A stretch of 35,549 nucleotides of DNA from a virus (IMGVR_UViG_3300006016_000003:1-35549), one strand, 5' to 3'; numbered from the stretch's first letter, positions 1-8,037 are shown. Notes: generated by a model from the sequence alone, not told the origin. Numbers and translations are program-made.

Positions 1-17
1 CAACAAGAGGTGACCCC

Positions 18-266
18 ATGCGCTGGGCCTTGGTCGATTTCAGCCACCCGTTCTTCAACTCGCTGGTCCGCCGGATCGTGATCTTCTGCGTGGTGGCCGG
101 CTGGACGATTGTCGAGTATTTCGGCGGCTCCCAGGGCTGGACGCTGTTTTTCCTGGCGCTCACGGCCTATACCGGCTGGGGGTTTTTCCTCTCCGGTCAG
201 GTCGGCACCGCGCCACCCTCGACCGACGGCGCCGACAAGCCGCCACCGCCCGGCGACGAAACCTGA
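18..266 (+). CDS. Host small membrane protein (DUF3329-like)
   Basis: SD AGAGG before the ATG; HPFF...RRI...GWT.VE motif with two TM segments, typical of rhizobial DUF3329; GC-rich codon usage unlike the downstream phage DNA. Confidence 0.7.
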   Translation: MRWALVDFSHPFFNSLVRRIVIFCVVAGWTIVEYFGGSQGWTLFFLALTAYTGWGFFLSGQVGTAPPSTDGADKPPPPGDET

Positions 267-398
267 TTCGCGCCGCGCTCAAGCCCCGCCGCCGCCATCA
301 CGCCTCCAAGTCCTGATTTCTATCGCCCGGGGGCTTGTGGCGACGATTGTGCCGGTCTATAAGCCAGCCGCTGGTCACGGCCAGCCACAAACTGGTCA

Positions 399-475
399 CG
401 GAGTGTAGCGCAGCCTGGTAGCGCACGTCGTTCGGGACGACGGGGTCGGAGGTTCGAATCCTCTCACTCCGACCA
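399..475 (+). tRNA. tRNA-Pro (anticodon CGG); prophage integration target
   Basis: CGGAGTG acceptor stem pairing with CACTCCG, D arm with TGGTA, anticodon stem CGTCG-TTCGGGA-CGACG, GGTTCGAATCC T arm, encoded CCA; 77 nt. Confidence 0.97.
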
Positions 476-534
476 GTCTAAGTCACTGTAATTATTGATG
501 TATGTCGTTTTGGTTGTTGGCGGGTTTTGAGTTG

Positions 535-556
535 CCGCCCCTACTACCGCCCCTAC
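535..556 (+). repeat. Direct repeat CCGCCCCTAC x2; probable integrase arm-type sites of the att junction
   Basis: Identical 10-mers at 535-544 and 547-556 (12-bp period), 60 bp inside the tRNA end. Confidence 0.55.
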
Positions 557-597
557 GAAGCATTCTCGGTGCGATGGCTTCCCCGGTTCTGAATGCG

Positions 598-634
598 ATA
601 AGGCCTCCCACTGATCACCAGTGGGAGGCCTTAT
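598..634. terminator. Perfect 16-bp stem hairpin; probable bidirectional terminator
   Basis: ATAAGGCCTCCCACTG-atcac-CAGTGGGAGGCCTTAT between the tRNA (+) and the convergent 655-852 gene. Confidence 0.75.
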
Positions 635-654
635 GATTCGTGCGTTGGTGTCGA

Positions 655-852
655 TCAGATTAGCCCCTTATCAAGCGCCAGGCGCTCTGGCATCGTGACC
701 ATGTGATATCCATGTTTGGCGGCGGGTTCATATTCGATGGCTGATTTTGGCAGCCATACGGCACGGTCTTTGTCGTCCGTCTCCGAGAACAGGATCGCTT
801 TCGCGGTCTCGTGGTGGATGACACCAGCAATGTCGAGGAGGTCTGATCTCAT
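655..852 (-). CDS. Conserved small phage hypothetical protein
   Basis: HETAKAILF...WLPKS.IE...MPE.LA.DKGL motif common in alphaproteobacterial phages; ATGA overlap with the upstream gene. Confidence 0.75.
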   Translation of the reverse strand: MRSDLLDIAGVIHHETAKAILFSETDDKDRAVWLPKSAIEYEPAAKHGYHMVTMPERLALDKGLI

Positions 853-1136
853 GACAGCACTCCCTGAAAGCGAGCAGGATCGAAACCCTGCTCCATGACC
901 TTGAAGGCATCGAGATAGAATCGCTCTTCATTGACGATCTCTTCAAGAAAGATAATGGAGCCAAAGTCAGTTTCGTAGTCGATGCGCCTGACCGTGTAGG
1001 GTTCTCCCAAAACTGGCAGAATGATGCCATCCGTTGACGCTTCGTCCCTTATTTCGGGATCAAAATCCCTCACCAATTTTATCTTCTGACCTTCATGGAA
1101 ATCAGTCAGTGCGCCTTCGAACTCGCGGGCACTCAT
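849..1136 (-). CDS. Phage hypothetical protein
   Basis: ATGA overlaps at both ends of a three-gene operon. Confidence 0.65.
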   Translation of the reverse strand: MSAREFEGALTDFHEGQKIKLVRDFDPEIRDEASTDGIILPVLGEPYTVRRIDYETDFGSIIFLEEIVNEERFYLDAFKVMEQGFDPARFQGVLS

Positions 1137-1486
1137 GCTGCCACCATCCCAGCGGCCTCGAGCCGATCATTTTTGAACTTGATAATCTCGTCTTCGATCT
1201 CAGCCTTGCGATCCTGAAAAAGTTCGATCTGGCGGAAAATGCGATCACCAACTAGGCGACCCTTCGATTCAATTTTGAGATTGCAAATCTTGTCGATGAT
1301 ATATGTGCGCTCATTTTCGAGCTCGCGGATCGTCGCCTTGAGAACCTTGCGATATTCGGCTTTCTGAGCGCGGCGCTCTTTGCGATTTTCTCCCTCGAAA
1401 AGAACGCCTGTCTCTGCGAACGACGAACCTTCAAAGGTCTTTTTGCCGTCAGCGTTATAGATGTTGAGGTGTCCGGTATTGTCCAT
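1133..1486 (-). CDS. Phage hypothetical coiled-coil protein (117 aa)
   Basis: Start reassigned to ATG 1486 with SD AGGGAG; charged helical sequence ending ...VAA. Confidence 0.65.
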   Translation of the reverse strand: MDNTGHLNIYNADGKKTFEGSSFAETGVLFEGENRKERRAQKAEYRKVLKATIRELENERTYIIDKICNLKIESKGRLVGDRIFRQIELFQDRKAEIEDEIIKFKNDRLEAAGMVAA

Positions 1487-1552
1487 TTGAATTCTCCCTG
1501 TCACCAAAAGCGGTGCTTGAGGGATATTGTGCCCCAAATTTGCACCCTTCAA

Positions 1553-1570
1553 ATTTCGCCGGCAGGAATT
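1553..1570 (-). promoter_or_regulatory. CGCCGGC box copy 1; -10 CACAAT at 1526-1531
   Basis: ATTTCGCCGGCAGGAATT; 25 nt from core to -10, as in other copies. Confidence 0.6.
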
Positions 1571-1663
1571 AGGAGTAGGGTCGATATCCGGGGATGACGC
1601 TGAAATCGGGTTGTCTTGAAACCCACGCGGCTTTAGGCCTGTTGATGAAAGTTGAGGATTGCC

Positions 1664-2569
1664 ATGGCTAAGCTGCCCCACCCAATTCCCTACCAAGGAT
1701 CGAAGCGGTCACTAGCGCCGATGATCGCTCCCTATGTGCCTCAGGATATCGTGACGTGGTATGAGCCGTTCGCAGGGTCGGCCGCCATGACGATCTGGGC
1801 TGCACACAACAAGGTGGCGAAGCATTATGTAATTGGGGATGTTCTCGCTCCCATCGCCGACCTGTGGCGCGTGATCATCGAAAATCCAAAAGGAACGGCC
1901 GACCACTATGCTGAAATCTGGCACGGTCAGACCACTTCGGACGAAGGGTATTTCAACGCAGTCCGTGAGCGTTACAATAGTGATCGCGATCCCGTCGAGC
2001 TTCTCTATCTGATCTGCCGCTGTGTGAAGAATGCGATCCGCTTCAACGCCAAGTCGGGGAACTTTACGCAGTCGAGAGATAAACGCCGTCTCGGGATGAA
2101 GCCCGAGAAAATGGCTTCAGCTATTTTGGGTGTCTCGGTATTGCTCAAGGGCAAAACAGAGGTGGTCTCGGGCGATTGGATAAAGACTGTCAGCGGCGCA
2201 GGACCCGAAGATTTCATCTATATGGACCCGCCATACCTCGGCACGACTGTCGGCAAGGACAAGCGATATGTGGAGGGTCTGCCGCAAGATCGGTTGATTG
2301 ACGGTTTGGCGGACTTGAGAAGGCGGAATATCAGGTTCGCCCTGTCGTATGACGGCATGACCGGTGGGAAAGAATACGGCCCACCGCTGCCAGACACCCT
2401 TGGACTTACGCGCTTGCTTCTACATGCTGGCAAGTCGTCTCAGGCCACCCTCGTAGGGCGCAGCGAGGAAACAGTTGAGAGCCTCTATATCACTCCTGAC
2501 CTCGGCGAAGCGCACGATGGGATTATCAGAAAGAAAAAGCCGACATTTCAGGGTGAGTTGGCTCTCTGA
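1664..2569 (+). CDS. Dam/D12-family N6-adenine DNA methyltransferase (type II RM MTase)
   Basis: PIPYQGSK, EPFAGSAA (motif I) and YMDPPY (motif IV); SD GAGGA before ATG 1664. Confidence 0.92.
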   Translation: MAKLPHPIPYQGSKRSLAPMIAPYVPQDIVTWYEPFAGSAAMTIWAAHNKVAKHYVIGDVLAPIADLWRVIIENPKGTADHYAEIWHGQTTSDEGYFNAVRERYNSDRDPVELLYLICRCVKNAIRFNAKSGNFTQSRDKRRLGMKPEKMASAILGVSVLLKGKTEVVSGDWIKTVSGAGPEDFIYMDPPYLGTTVGKDKRYVEGLPQDRLIDGLADLRRRNIRFALSYDGMTGGKEYGPPLPDTLGLTRLLLHAGKSSQATLVGRSEETVESLYITPDLGEAHDGIIRKKKPTFQGELAL

Positions 2570-3285
2570 CGGGCGAGATGGAGCAGCAAGTCCCTGACGG
2601 TAATCCCCTGCTTGTCGGCGATGGATTTGATGATGTCGTGAACCGCCACATCGTCACCCTGCCATGAGACATCCGTACGGCGGATTTGCTCGAGTGCGAT
2701 GTGTTGATAGTTTTCAGGGTAAGCCCAATAGCACGTGAGGCAATTGTCGATGTCTTTCAGCTCCATGTTTTTGCAATGTTCGCAAGACCATGATTTGGCG
2801 CGCTGGGACGATGCATCCAGGAGCATGTATGCCTCGACATCGTGATCGGCTAAACCTACATCGCCGTCGATCCGATATGGAATTCTATGGTCAATCTGTA
2901 GGACTTTTTCATCCAGAACTGCGCCAGTGATGCAGTCGATGGAGCCGTAACGGGCGACCAGTGCGGTTTTGAATTTCTTAGGAAGTGCCGAACGGCCGCC
3001 GATACGGCCCTCTTGAATTTTGTCAGGGTCGCCGAAGGAGTAGATAGCCATCCTGCGACCAGTTCGTTCTGAGGTGCCGCTACCTGTATCAATAGGAATG
3101 CCTGCATCTCGAACGTCGCCCACTGCGCGCGGAGGATGATTATACCCGAGATCGTTCAGTTCGTCGGTGGAAATAGAGCCTTTGTCTAGTAAGGCTTTCA
3201 GCACGGCAATCGCACGCTTGTTCTTGCCAGATGCGATTACTCGCTCGGCAATCTCTCGGATTCTCGGATCAATTATGTCAGCCAT
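2548..3285 (-). CDS. HTH-HNH type II restriction endonuclease, SphI-like
   Basis: GYNHPPRA.GD..DAG N-terminal region, LQIDHRIPY, RAKSWSCEHC...C..CYWAYPENY.H; matches my recollection of R.SphI; convergent with the MTase; alternative start 3318. Confidence 0.75.
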   Translation of the reverse strand: MADIIDPRIREIAERVIASGKNKRAIAVLKALLDKGSISTDELNDLGYNHPPRAVGDVRDAGIPIDTGSGTSERTGRRMAIYSFGDPDKIQEGRIGGRSALPKKFKTALVARYGSIDCITGAVLDEKVLQIDHRIPYRIDGDVGLADHDVEAYMLLDASSQRAKSWSCEHCKNMELKDIDNCLTCYWAYPENYQHIALEQIRRTDVSWQGDDVAVHDIIKSIADKQGITVRDLLLHLARQRANSP

Positions 3286-3440
3286 GTCAGCGATGCCCCA
3301 CGAATCAATTGGGAGCATGGTGAGGGGTAGGGTGATTAGAATTGGTTAACGGATCGCGAACTTAATGCCTCGAATTTGATGTTTCGGATGCTGCTTTGAT
3401 TAGTGGTTTTATGTCACTAATGCCTTCAGCAGGAGAGCGC

Positions 3441-3698
3441 ATGTTTTTTAAAGACTCCGATATCCCCGAAAAAAGATCGGTCGTCGAAGAAGCGGCACGC
3501 TTCAAGTCGATGCCTTTCTATGCAAAGTTGATTTATCCGTATTACTATTTCTGGCTTCTCCCCGAGACCGCTAAGGCGAGGACACAAGTCGAGAGAGCGA
3601 TGCTGCCACACAGTCGCCGAGCCAAGCAGTTCTGGCTGATGCTCAGTGTCGTCACCGTTGTGCCGCTGACACTGCTCATTACGTGGATGATCAGTTAA
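3441..3698 (+). CDS. Small membrane protein (moron)
   Basis: SD AGGAGA before ATG 3441; C-terminal TM helix. Confidence 0.55.
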   Translation: MFFKDSDIPEKRSVVEEAARFKSMPFYAKLIYPYYYFWLLPETAKARTQVERAMLPHSRRAKQFWLMLSVVTVVPLTLLITWMIS

Positions 3699-3783
3699 CG
3701 ATCCGATCGCTATATCCGCGTCCCTTGCTTGCATCGTTTCAACGAGCCCGGCACAACTGTCTCCAGAAACGAAGGAGACGATC

Positions 3784-4083
3784 ATGGGACACGCACACAA
3801 CGCGACAATGGGAATGGGCGCAGGGATGATGGTGGTGGCGGCCGCTGGTGCTGGTCTCGCGAACAGCCTCATCAATGGTCAGACGGCAGCGAATGAGCGC
3901 CGCTATAATGCTGCCCACAACACCGCTCTTGCCGATGCGATCCAGCATGCGTCGACGATGGAACAGTTTGCCCGCATTTCTATCGAACGTGTCGCCGAAC
4001 TCGAAGCTCAGGTGAGGTCTCTCACTGCTGCATGCGCGCAAAGGCAGGGATGCATCGACCGCATGAAAGCGCGGATGTCCTGA
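3784..4083 (+). CDS. Hypothetical protein (Gly/Ala hydrophobic N-terminus plus coiled coil)
   Basis: SD AAGGAG; followed by a terminator. Confidence 0.65.
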   Translation: MGHAHNATMGMGAGMMVVAAAGAGLANSLINGQTAANERRYNAAHNTALADAIQHASTMEQFARISIERVAELEAQVRSLTAACAQRQGCIDRMKARMS

Positions 4084-4095
4084 AATCAAGACGGC

Positions 4096-4130
4096 AAAAA
4101 GCCCACTCAATCGGTGGGCTTTCAGTTTTT
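4096..4130. terminator. Bidirectional intrinsic terminator
   Basis: AAAAAGCCCAC-tcaatcg-GTGGGCTTT-cagTTTTT between convergent genes. Confidence 0.7.
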
Positions 4131-4642
4131 CAGGAGAACGGCACCGAGTGTGTAGCTTTCATCATCATCGATTTGACCTTCCACCGCATGACCTCGTCCT
4201 CGGTTTTCTGTTGTGCCGTTGACCGCACGATAGGAACGCCATCGATACCATGGTCGCGGCCTGTGACGAAAAGCCGAGCCGCCCGAATACCGCCTGAACG
4301 AAGCGCCTTCAGTTCGTTGTCGTTCATGCACAAAAGCGTGTCCCTGACTTCGGCTTTCAGACCGGTTAGGTCTGCCGTCATCCGTGCTGGCGGCAGACTT
4401 TTCAGATATGCCATGACCGTCGTGATGCCGTCTCGGTCAATTCGACTGACCTCGGGCTTCTGTGCCGCCCGCATTTCTTCGACGAGCTTCACAGGATCGA
4501 CCTGGGGCTCGTAGTGAGGAAGTGCCTCACGCTGACCAAAGAGGAAGCGCCACGGCCACGACAACAGGCGCTCCAGTGCGGTCATGCCACCGAGTAGGGC
4601 GCGCCAAATCCCAGCAAATAGTGCAGCGAAAAATCTCATCAT
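4130..4642 (-). CDS. Hypothetical protein with amphipathic N-terminus
   Basis: SD GGGAGA before ATGATG (4642/4639); about 170 aa. Confidence 0.6.
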   Translation of the reverse strand: MMRFFAALFAGIWRALLGGMTALERLLSWPWRFLFGQREALPHYEPQVDPVKLVEEMRAAQKPEVSRIDRDGITTVMAYLKSLPPARMTADLTGLKAEVRDTLLCMNDNELKALRSGGIRAARLFVTGRDHGIDGVPIVRSTAQQKTEDEVMRWKVKSMMMKATHSVPFS

Positions 4643-4718
4643 AGTCTCCCAAATTGTTGTCGGGATATAGTCTTGCTTTATAGTGCAAGAAACTAACGCG
4701 AATAATTTCGGTCGGCGT

Positions 4719-4753
4719 TTGTATATATCTTTGTACATGGGGTATTGTATATG
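4719..4753 (+). promoter_or_regulatory. Three TTGTAYATR direct repeats overlapping a promoter (-35 TTGTAT, -10 TATTGT)
   Basis: TTGTATATA-tct-TTGTACATG-gggta-TTGTATATG upstream of the HTH gene; same unit as at 8069-8122 and 29452-29505. Confidence 0.55.
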
Positions 4754-4783
4754 AACGTTGCTTTTGACGTAGGGAGACAGACT

Positions 4784-5395
4784 ATGAAAGACTTGAAAAC
4801 AATTTCATCAGAGATGTGCCGCGATCTGGTCGCCGATCTCAAGAAAACAGACGGCCTCTCATACATAGCCGCTGCTTGCGGACGTAGCCGCCAGACTATC
4901 CGACAATACATGGCCAGCCCAGAATCGACATCTTTTCGAAAGGCACCTGTCACAGTCACGGACGAGATGATCAAGCTGATTATCTCCTACGACGTTTTGA
5001 GGCCAGATTCGTTGCACTGGGAGACCAAGGAAGGTGAAGGCTGGAGGGTGTGGATGCCAAGCGGAGCGCCGTTCGTATGCCGCAATTATCTGGTCGCTCT
5101 TGAAGTGGCCGACCGTTTTGGAGTGTCTCCCACACCGATATCAGGGGTGTATTCCGACACTGTCGACTCCCTGGGTATTGGCCACGATGCCATCCTCCGC
5201 CACTTCTGGAGAAAGGTTTTCTTTGGCGGCCGCGTTCCTCGGGCTGAGCTTGCCGATATCGCTGGCACAGACATCTACTCGGTCGCATGGGTCGGTCGCG
5301 AGCATCCCACACGCGGCATTCAGCCGAACCATGAGCAAGTGCTGTGGGCTATGGCAAACGATGCGGGCATGGCTTGCCTGGAGGATGCTGCATGA
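4784..5395 (+). CDS. HTH DNA-binding protein
   Basis: GLSYIAAACGRSRQTIRQYM HTH; possible second HTH at PRAELADIAGTDIYSV; SD GGGAGA. Confidence 0.65.
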   Translation: MKDLKTISSEMCRDLVADLKKTDGLSYIAAACGRSRQTIRQYMASPESTSFRKAPVTVTDEMIKLIISYDVLRPDSLHWETKEGEGWRVWMPSGAPFVCRNYLVALEVADRFGVSPTPISGVYSDTVDSLGIGHDAILRHFWRKVFFGGRVPRAELADIAGTDIYSVAWVGREHPTRGIQPNHEQVLWAMANDAGMACLEDAA

Positions 5396-5670
5396 ACAAG
5401 CCCAAGCCAAAGCCACACCCCTTCGCCAACGTGCCTAAGGTCGCCACTCGCGTACCGCCGCCAGTCCAGTCACGTCCTGTTTCGATTCACGGCTGTGTCG
5501 TCATCATCAAAGTCGAGGAGGACGGCACGGTCACGGAGAAGACGGGGCGGCCGAGTTTTCTGTATTGCGATCCCAAATCGGCGGTCGTGAAATACAAGCT
5601 TCCAGTCGACACCTACCTCGACGGCTCGGCCGAACACCTGGCAAGGCGGGCGGAACTGGGACTGAAGTGA
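5392..5670 (+). CDS. Hypothetical protein
   Basis: ATGA coupling to the HTH gene; SD GGAGG. Confidence 0.6.
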   Translation: MNKPKPKPHPFANVPKVATRVPPPVQSRPVSIHGCVVIIKVEEDGTVTEKTGRPSFLYCDPKSAVVKYKLPVDTYLDGSAEHLARRAELGLK

Positions 5671-5686
5671 AATCCAAAATGAAGAC

Positions 5687-5724
5687 AAAAAAAGGGGGCT
5701 GACGACTACTACTCGTCAGCCCCT
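5687..5724 (-). terminator. Intrinsic terminator (end of lysis operon and candidate sRNA)
   Basis: GGGGCTGACGA-gtagtag-TCGTCAGCCCC followed by T7 on the minus strand. Confidence 0.8.
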
Positions 5725-5785
5725 AGTTCGTACCATGTTTCAGCGAGATCGTCGGGTGTCGGGAGACATCAGGACTTGCTCGCCT
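5687..5785 (-). ncRNA. Candidate ~100-nt anti-SD small RNA
   Basis: TTGCAT-17-CATCAT promoter next to a CGCCGGC box; nested hairpin with UGUC[UCCC]GACA apical loop; intrinsic terminator; no ORF. Confidence 0.4.
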
Positions 5786-5836
5786 GATTTAATGATGTGC
5801 AGGCACTTCGCTTGATGCAAGCCGCCGGCGAATTAT

Positions 5837-6268
5837 TTATTTGGAGGTGACCATCTTTTTCACGCTCTCCATTTTAATCTGACAAGCCCTGTTCGCATCC
5901 GAAACTTCTTTCACATAAGCCTCAACGCCTTTTCGATCAGTCAATTTATTTGACGGATCAGGAGGGAAATCACATTGTACGTCGACAAGTTTTTTGACGG
6001 CGGCGAGTTTAATGCGGCAGTCATCGCCAGCCTCGGCAAGCTTGTTGATGAAACGAGCGACTTCTCTCTGAGTGACCCATACCGTACCAGCGACAGGCTC
6101 GTCGGAACACGTCAGTAGCGATCTCGGAACTTCAATTTTGCGCTCGACGATTTTCACAACAGTCGTCGGCTTTGTCGTCTGACATCCCATCAGAGACAGC
6201 ACGAGCAGCACGAAGGTGAACCCTGCGACGGTCTTGAAGCAGATCGGCCATGGTGATGTGGTCTTCAT
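5837..6268 (-). CDS. o-spanin (Rz1-like lipoprotein) with duplicated periplasmic domain
   Basis: Lipobox LSLMGC; P..LLTC..EP and C..KL..V motifs; last gene of the lysis cassette. Confidence 0.75.
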   Translation of the reverse strand: MKTTSPWPICFKTVAGFTFVLLVLSLMGCQTTKPTTVVKIVERKIEVPRSLLTCSDEPVAGTVWVTQREVARFINKLAEAGDDCRIKLAAVKKLVDVQCDFPPDPSNKLTDRKGVEAYVKEVSDANRACQIKMESVKKMVTSK

Positions 6269-6645
6269 GGCTTACCTCCAAACCTAGATGATCTCAAAGC
6301 TTCCAGAAGGGGAGACACAGGAGCGTCGTCAGCAGCAGGCGCACGCTCGATCACGTCCGATGCCACACGCGATCTCATGGCGCTCTGTGTGAGGGCTTCC
6401 TGAGCCGTCTCGAGTGCATTGATGGCGGCTCTGCGATCAGCATCAGCCTTGAGTGCTTGTTGAGCGTTCTCGTTGGCGAGTTTCTCGGCTGCGGTCTTTT
6501 CGGCTTCCGACACTGAAAGCTTGATTTCCAAAACGGCAATCGCATTCGAGTGATATTTGTAGGCGGCATAAGATGCGGCCGACACGACGAGGGCAGCGAT
6601 ACCGAGCTTGACGTAAAAGAGGTAGGGTTTGAGGAAGGTCAGCAT
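6265..6645 (-). CDS. i-spanin (Rz-like)
   Basis: Start ATG 6645 right after the endolysin stop; N-terminal TM, Ala-rich coiled coil, DDAPVSPLL C-terminus. Confidence 0.75.
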   Translation of the reverse strand: MLTFLKPYLFYVKLGIAALVVSAASYAAYKYHSNAIAVLEIKLSVSEAEKTAAEKLANENAQQALKADADRRAAINALETAQEALTQSAMRSRVASDVIERAPAADDAPVSPLLEALRSSRFGGKP

Positions 6646-6646
6646 G

Positions 6647-7243
6647 TTATTTCTCCAATCCGCTGACGCACAGCTCGGCTTCGCCAATGCGCTGGGCATC
6701 ACCCATCTCGCGGCGCAGAACCAACCCACGCACAACTTTGCCACCCGCTTTATTCCAAGCAGTTTGAGCCTCGCATCCTTCACGATATTTGCCTTGGATA
6801 TGGCGCTTCGTAGCCGTCGAATTGACCATCCCGCTGACACCAAAATTGTAGGCACCGCTGATCATTGTCGCCTGGACGGAAATTGGGAAATCAGTGAAGC
6901 CGGGAACTCGCTTGACGAGAGGCATGTAGTAATCGTTGTAGACCCGCCGCTTGAGCATGTCCTCGCACTCGGCCTTGGTCTTCGTCATGCCAGCGGTGAT
7001 GTTTTTTGTCTCGCCGTAGCAGATGTCCCAAATTTTCGCGTACCGATCCCAATGGCTTTTGAGGACAAGACCCTCCCAAGGTTTGATGAGCGCATCGGTA
7101 GCGAGGATAACCGCCGGTGGAGTGGCTGGTGATTTGGTGACTTCTCTGAATCCGAACCATCCGCCGCCAGCGGTGACGGAGATGAGGACAGCTGCAATAG
7201 CGGCTCGAGCGCGCTTCGATGATGTGATTTTATTGATCGGCAT
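6647..7243 (-). CDS. GH24 lysozyme, SAR-type endolysin
   Basis: WEG...WD......DICYGET catalytic region, AYNFG, WNKAGGKVVRGLV.RR; Ala/Gly-rich N-terminal SAR helix. Confidence 0.92.
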   Translation of the reverse strand: MPINKITSSKRARAAIAAVLISVTAGGGWFGFREVTKSPATPPAVILATDALIKPWEGLVLKSHWDRYAKIWDICYGETKNITAGMTKTKAECEDMLKRRVYNDYYMPLVKRVPGFTDFPISVQATMISGAYNFGVSGMVNSTATKRHIQGKYREGCEAQTAWNKAGGKVVRGLVLRREMGDAQRIGEAELCVSGLEK

Positions 7244-7463
7244 AGGGGTCCTCCACGATCACAGGCTGCGCGTAAAGCCGAGCCACGAAAGCCAGCGCAC
7301 TGACGATTGCTGACAGTCCTGCGAAGACACCCAGCGGCATCCAGGTCGGCGCACCGAAAATCTGGAAGTACACTTCGACACCGCTCAGCACGCATGCGAG
7401 AACGATAAGACGTATGCTCCAGGCCTTTTTGAGGATGTCTTTCCAGTCGTGAAGTAGTCTCAT
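7230..7463 (-). CDS. Holin (two TM segments)
   Basis: MRL..DWK..LKKAWSIRL...ARLYAQP motif, directly upstream of the endolysin. Confidence 0.8.
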   Translation of the reverse strand: MRLLHDWKDILKKAWSIRLIVLACVLSGVEVYFQIFGAPTWMPLGVFAGLSAIVSALAFVARLYAQPVIVEDPYADQ

Positions 7464-7532
7464 CGTTTCAGCTCTCAGAAGTGTATTCTGAAAGTATGAC
7501 GCAGCTATTTGCTTTTTTAAAATGTATTCGTA

Positions 7533-7568
7533 AAAGAAAATGGCGGCTCGATGGCCGCCCTATGTTTT
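7533..7568 (-). terminator. Terminator of moron 7585-8037 (GGCGGCTC..TGGCCGCC family)
   Basis: GGCGGC stem with U tract on the minus strand; near-identical at 28632-28660 and 29577-29610. Confidence 0.65.
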
Positions 7569-7584
7569 CGTGATGTTGTGGATT

Positions 7585-8037
7585 TTAACGAAGGCTGATC
7601 GTCTGATCTGCTACGACTGGATGAGTTACTAGGAAGCTGCCGCTCAGGATGCCTTCACGCTCTTCGTTGTTGGCGCAACCAGCAAGCAGTTCAGATTTAA
7701 ATTCAGCCAGCGCCTTGTCGAGGTCTTCCTCGGCACACATGTAGCCAGAAAATTCGCCGTTGCCGTTCTCCGACCGCCACTCATATGTGAATTCAGGGGT
7801 CGGGTTCTCGGCGATGAAGGCCTTGAATTCTGCGAGGATTTCAGCGATCTCGTCTTCGTTATAATCTTCGCCCTGGACAACCCTCGTGTGGCACTCACCG
7901 CCAAGGGACACCAGTGCGCCGTCGGCGATCCATTCCATAGCACGTGTCGTTGAACCGTCTTCATGCTCCACATCAGCGCCGATGACGTGATTGTATTCCT
8001 GATGGTCGTAGGTGATGTTGGTGATTTTGATTGTCAT
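7585..8037 (-). CDS. Acidic hypothetical protein (moron)
   Basis: SD GGGAGA before ATG 8037; own promoter and terminator. Confidence 0.7.
   Translation of the reverse strand: MTIKITNITYDHQEYNHVIGADVEHEDGSTTRAMEWIADGALVSLGGECHTRVVQGEDYNEDEIAEILAEFKAFIAENPTPEFTYEWRSENGNGEFSGYMCAEEDLDKALAEFKSELLAGCANNEEREGILSGSFLVTHPVVADQTISLR

Noticed and set aside
371-401. CTGGTCACGG repeated twice just upstream of and into the tRNA
   Set aside because: Lies in the host tRNA leader after a -10-like TATAAG; too short and on the wrong side to be the att core
1487-1696. N-terminal extension of ORF 1133-1696
   Set aside because: Overlaps the MTase start and the promoter box; a strong SD supports ATG 1486
5761-5787. 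GGGAGACATC as RBS of a + strand peptide
   Set aside because: No ATG follows, only TTG-CTC-GCC-TGA; an antisense-RNA reading fits better
6646-6855. Extended i-spanin start nested in the endolysin
   Set aside because: SD GGAG and ATG at 6645 directly follow the endolysin stop; the extension is a shadow frame
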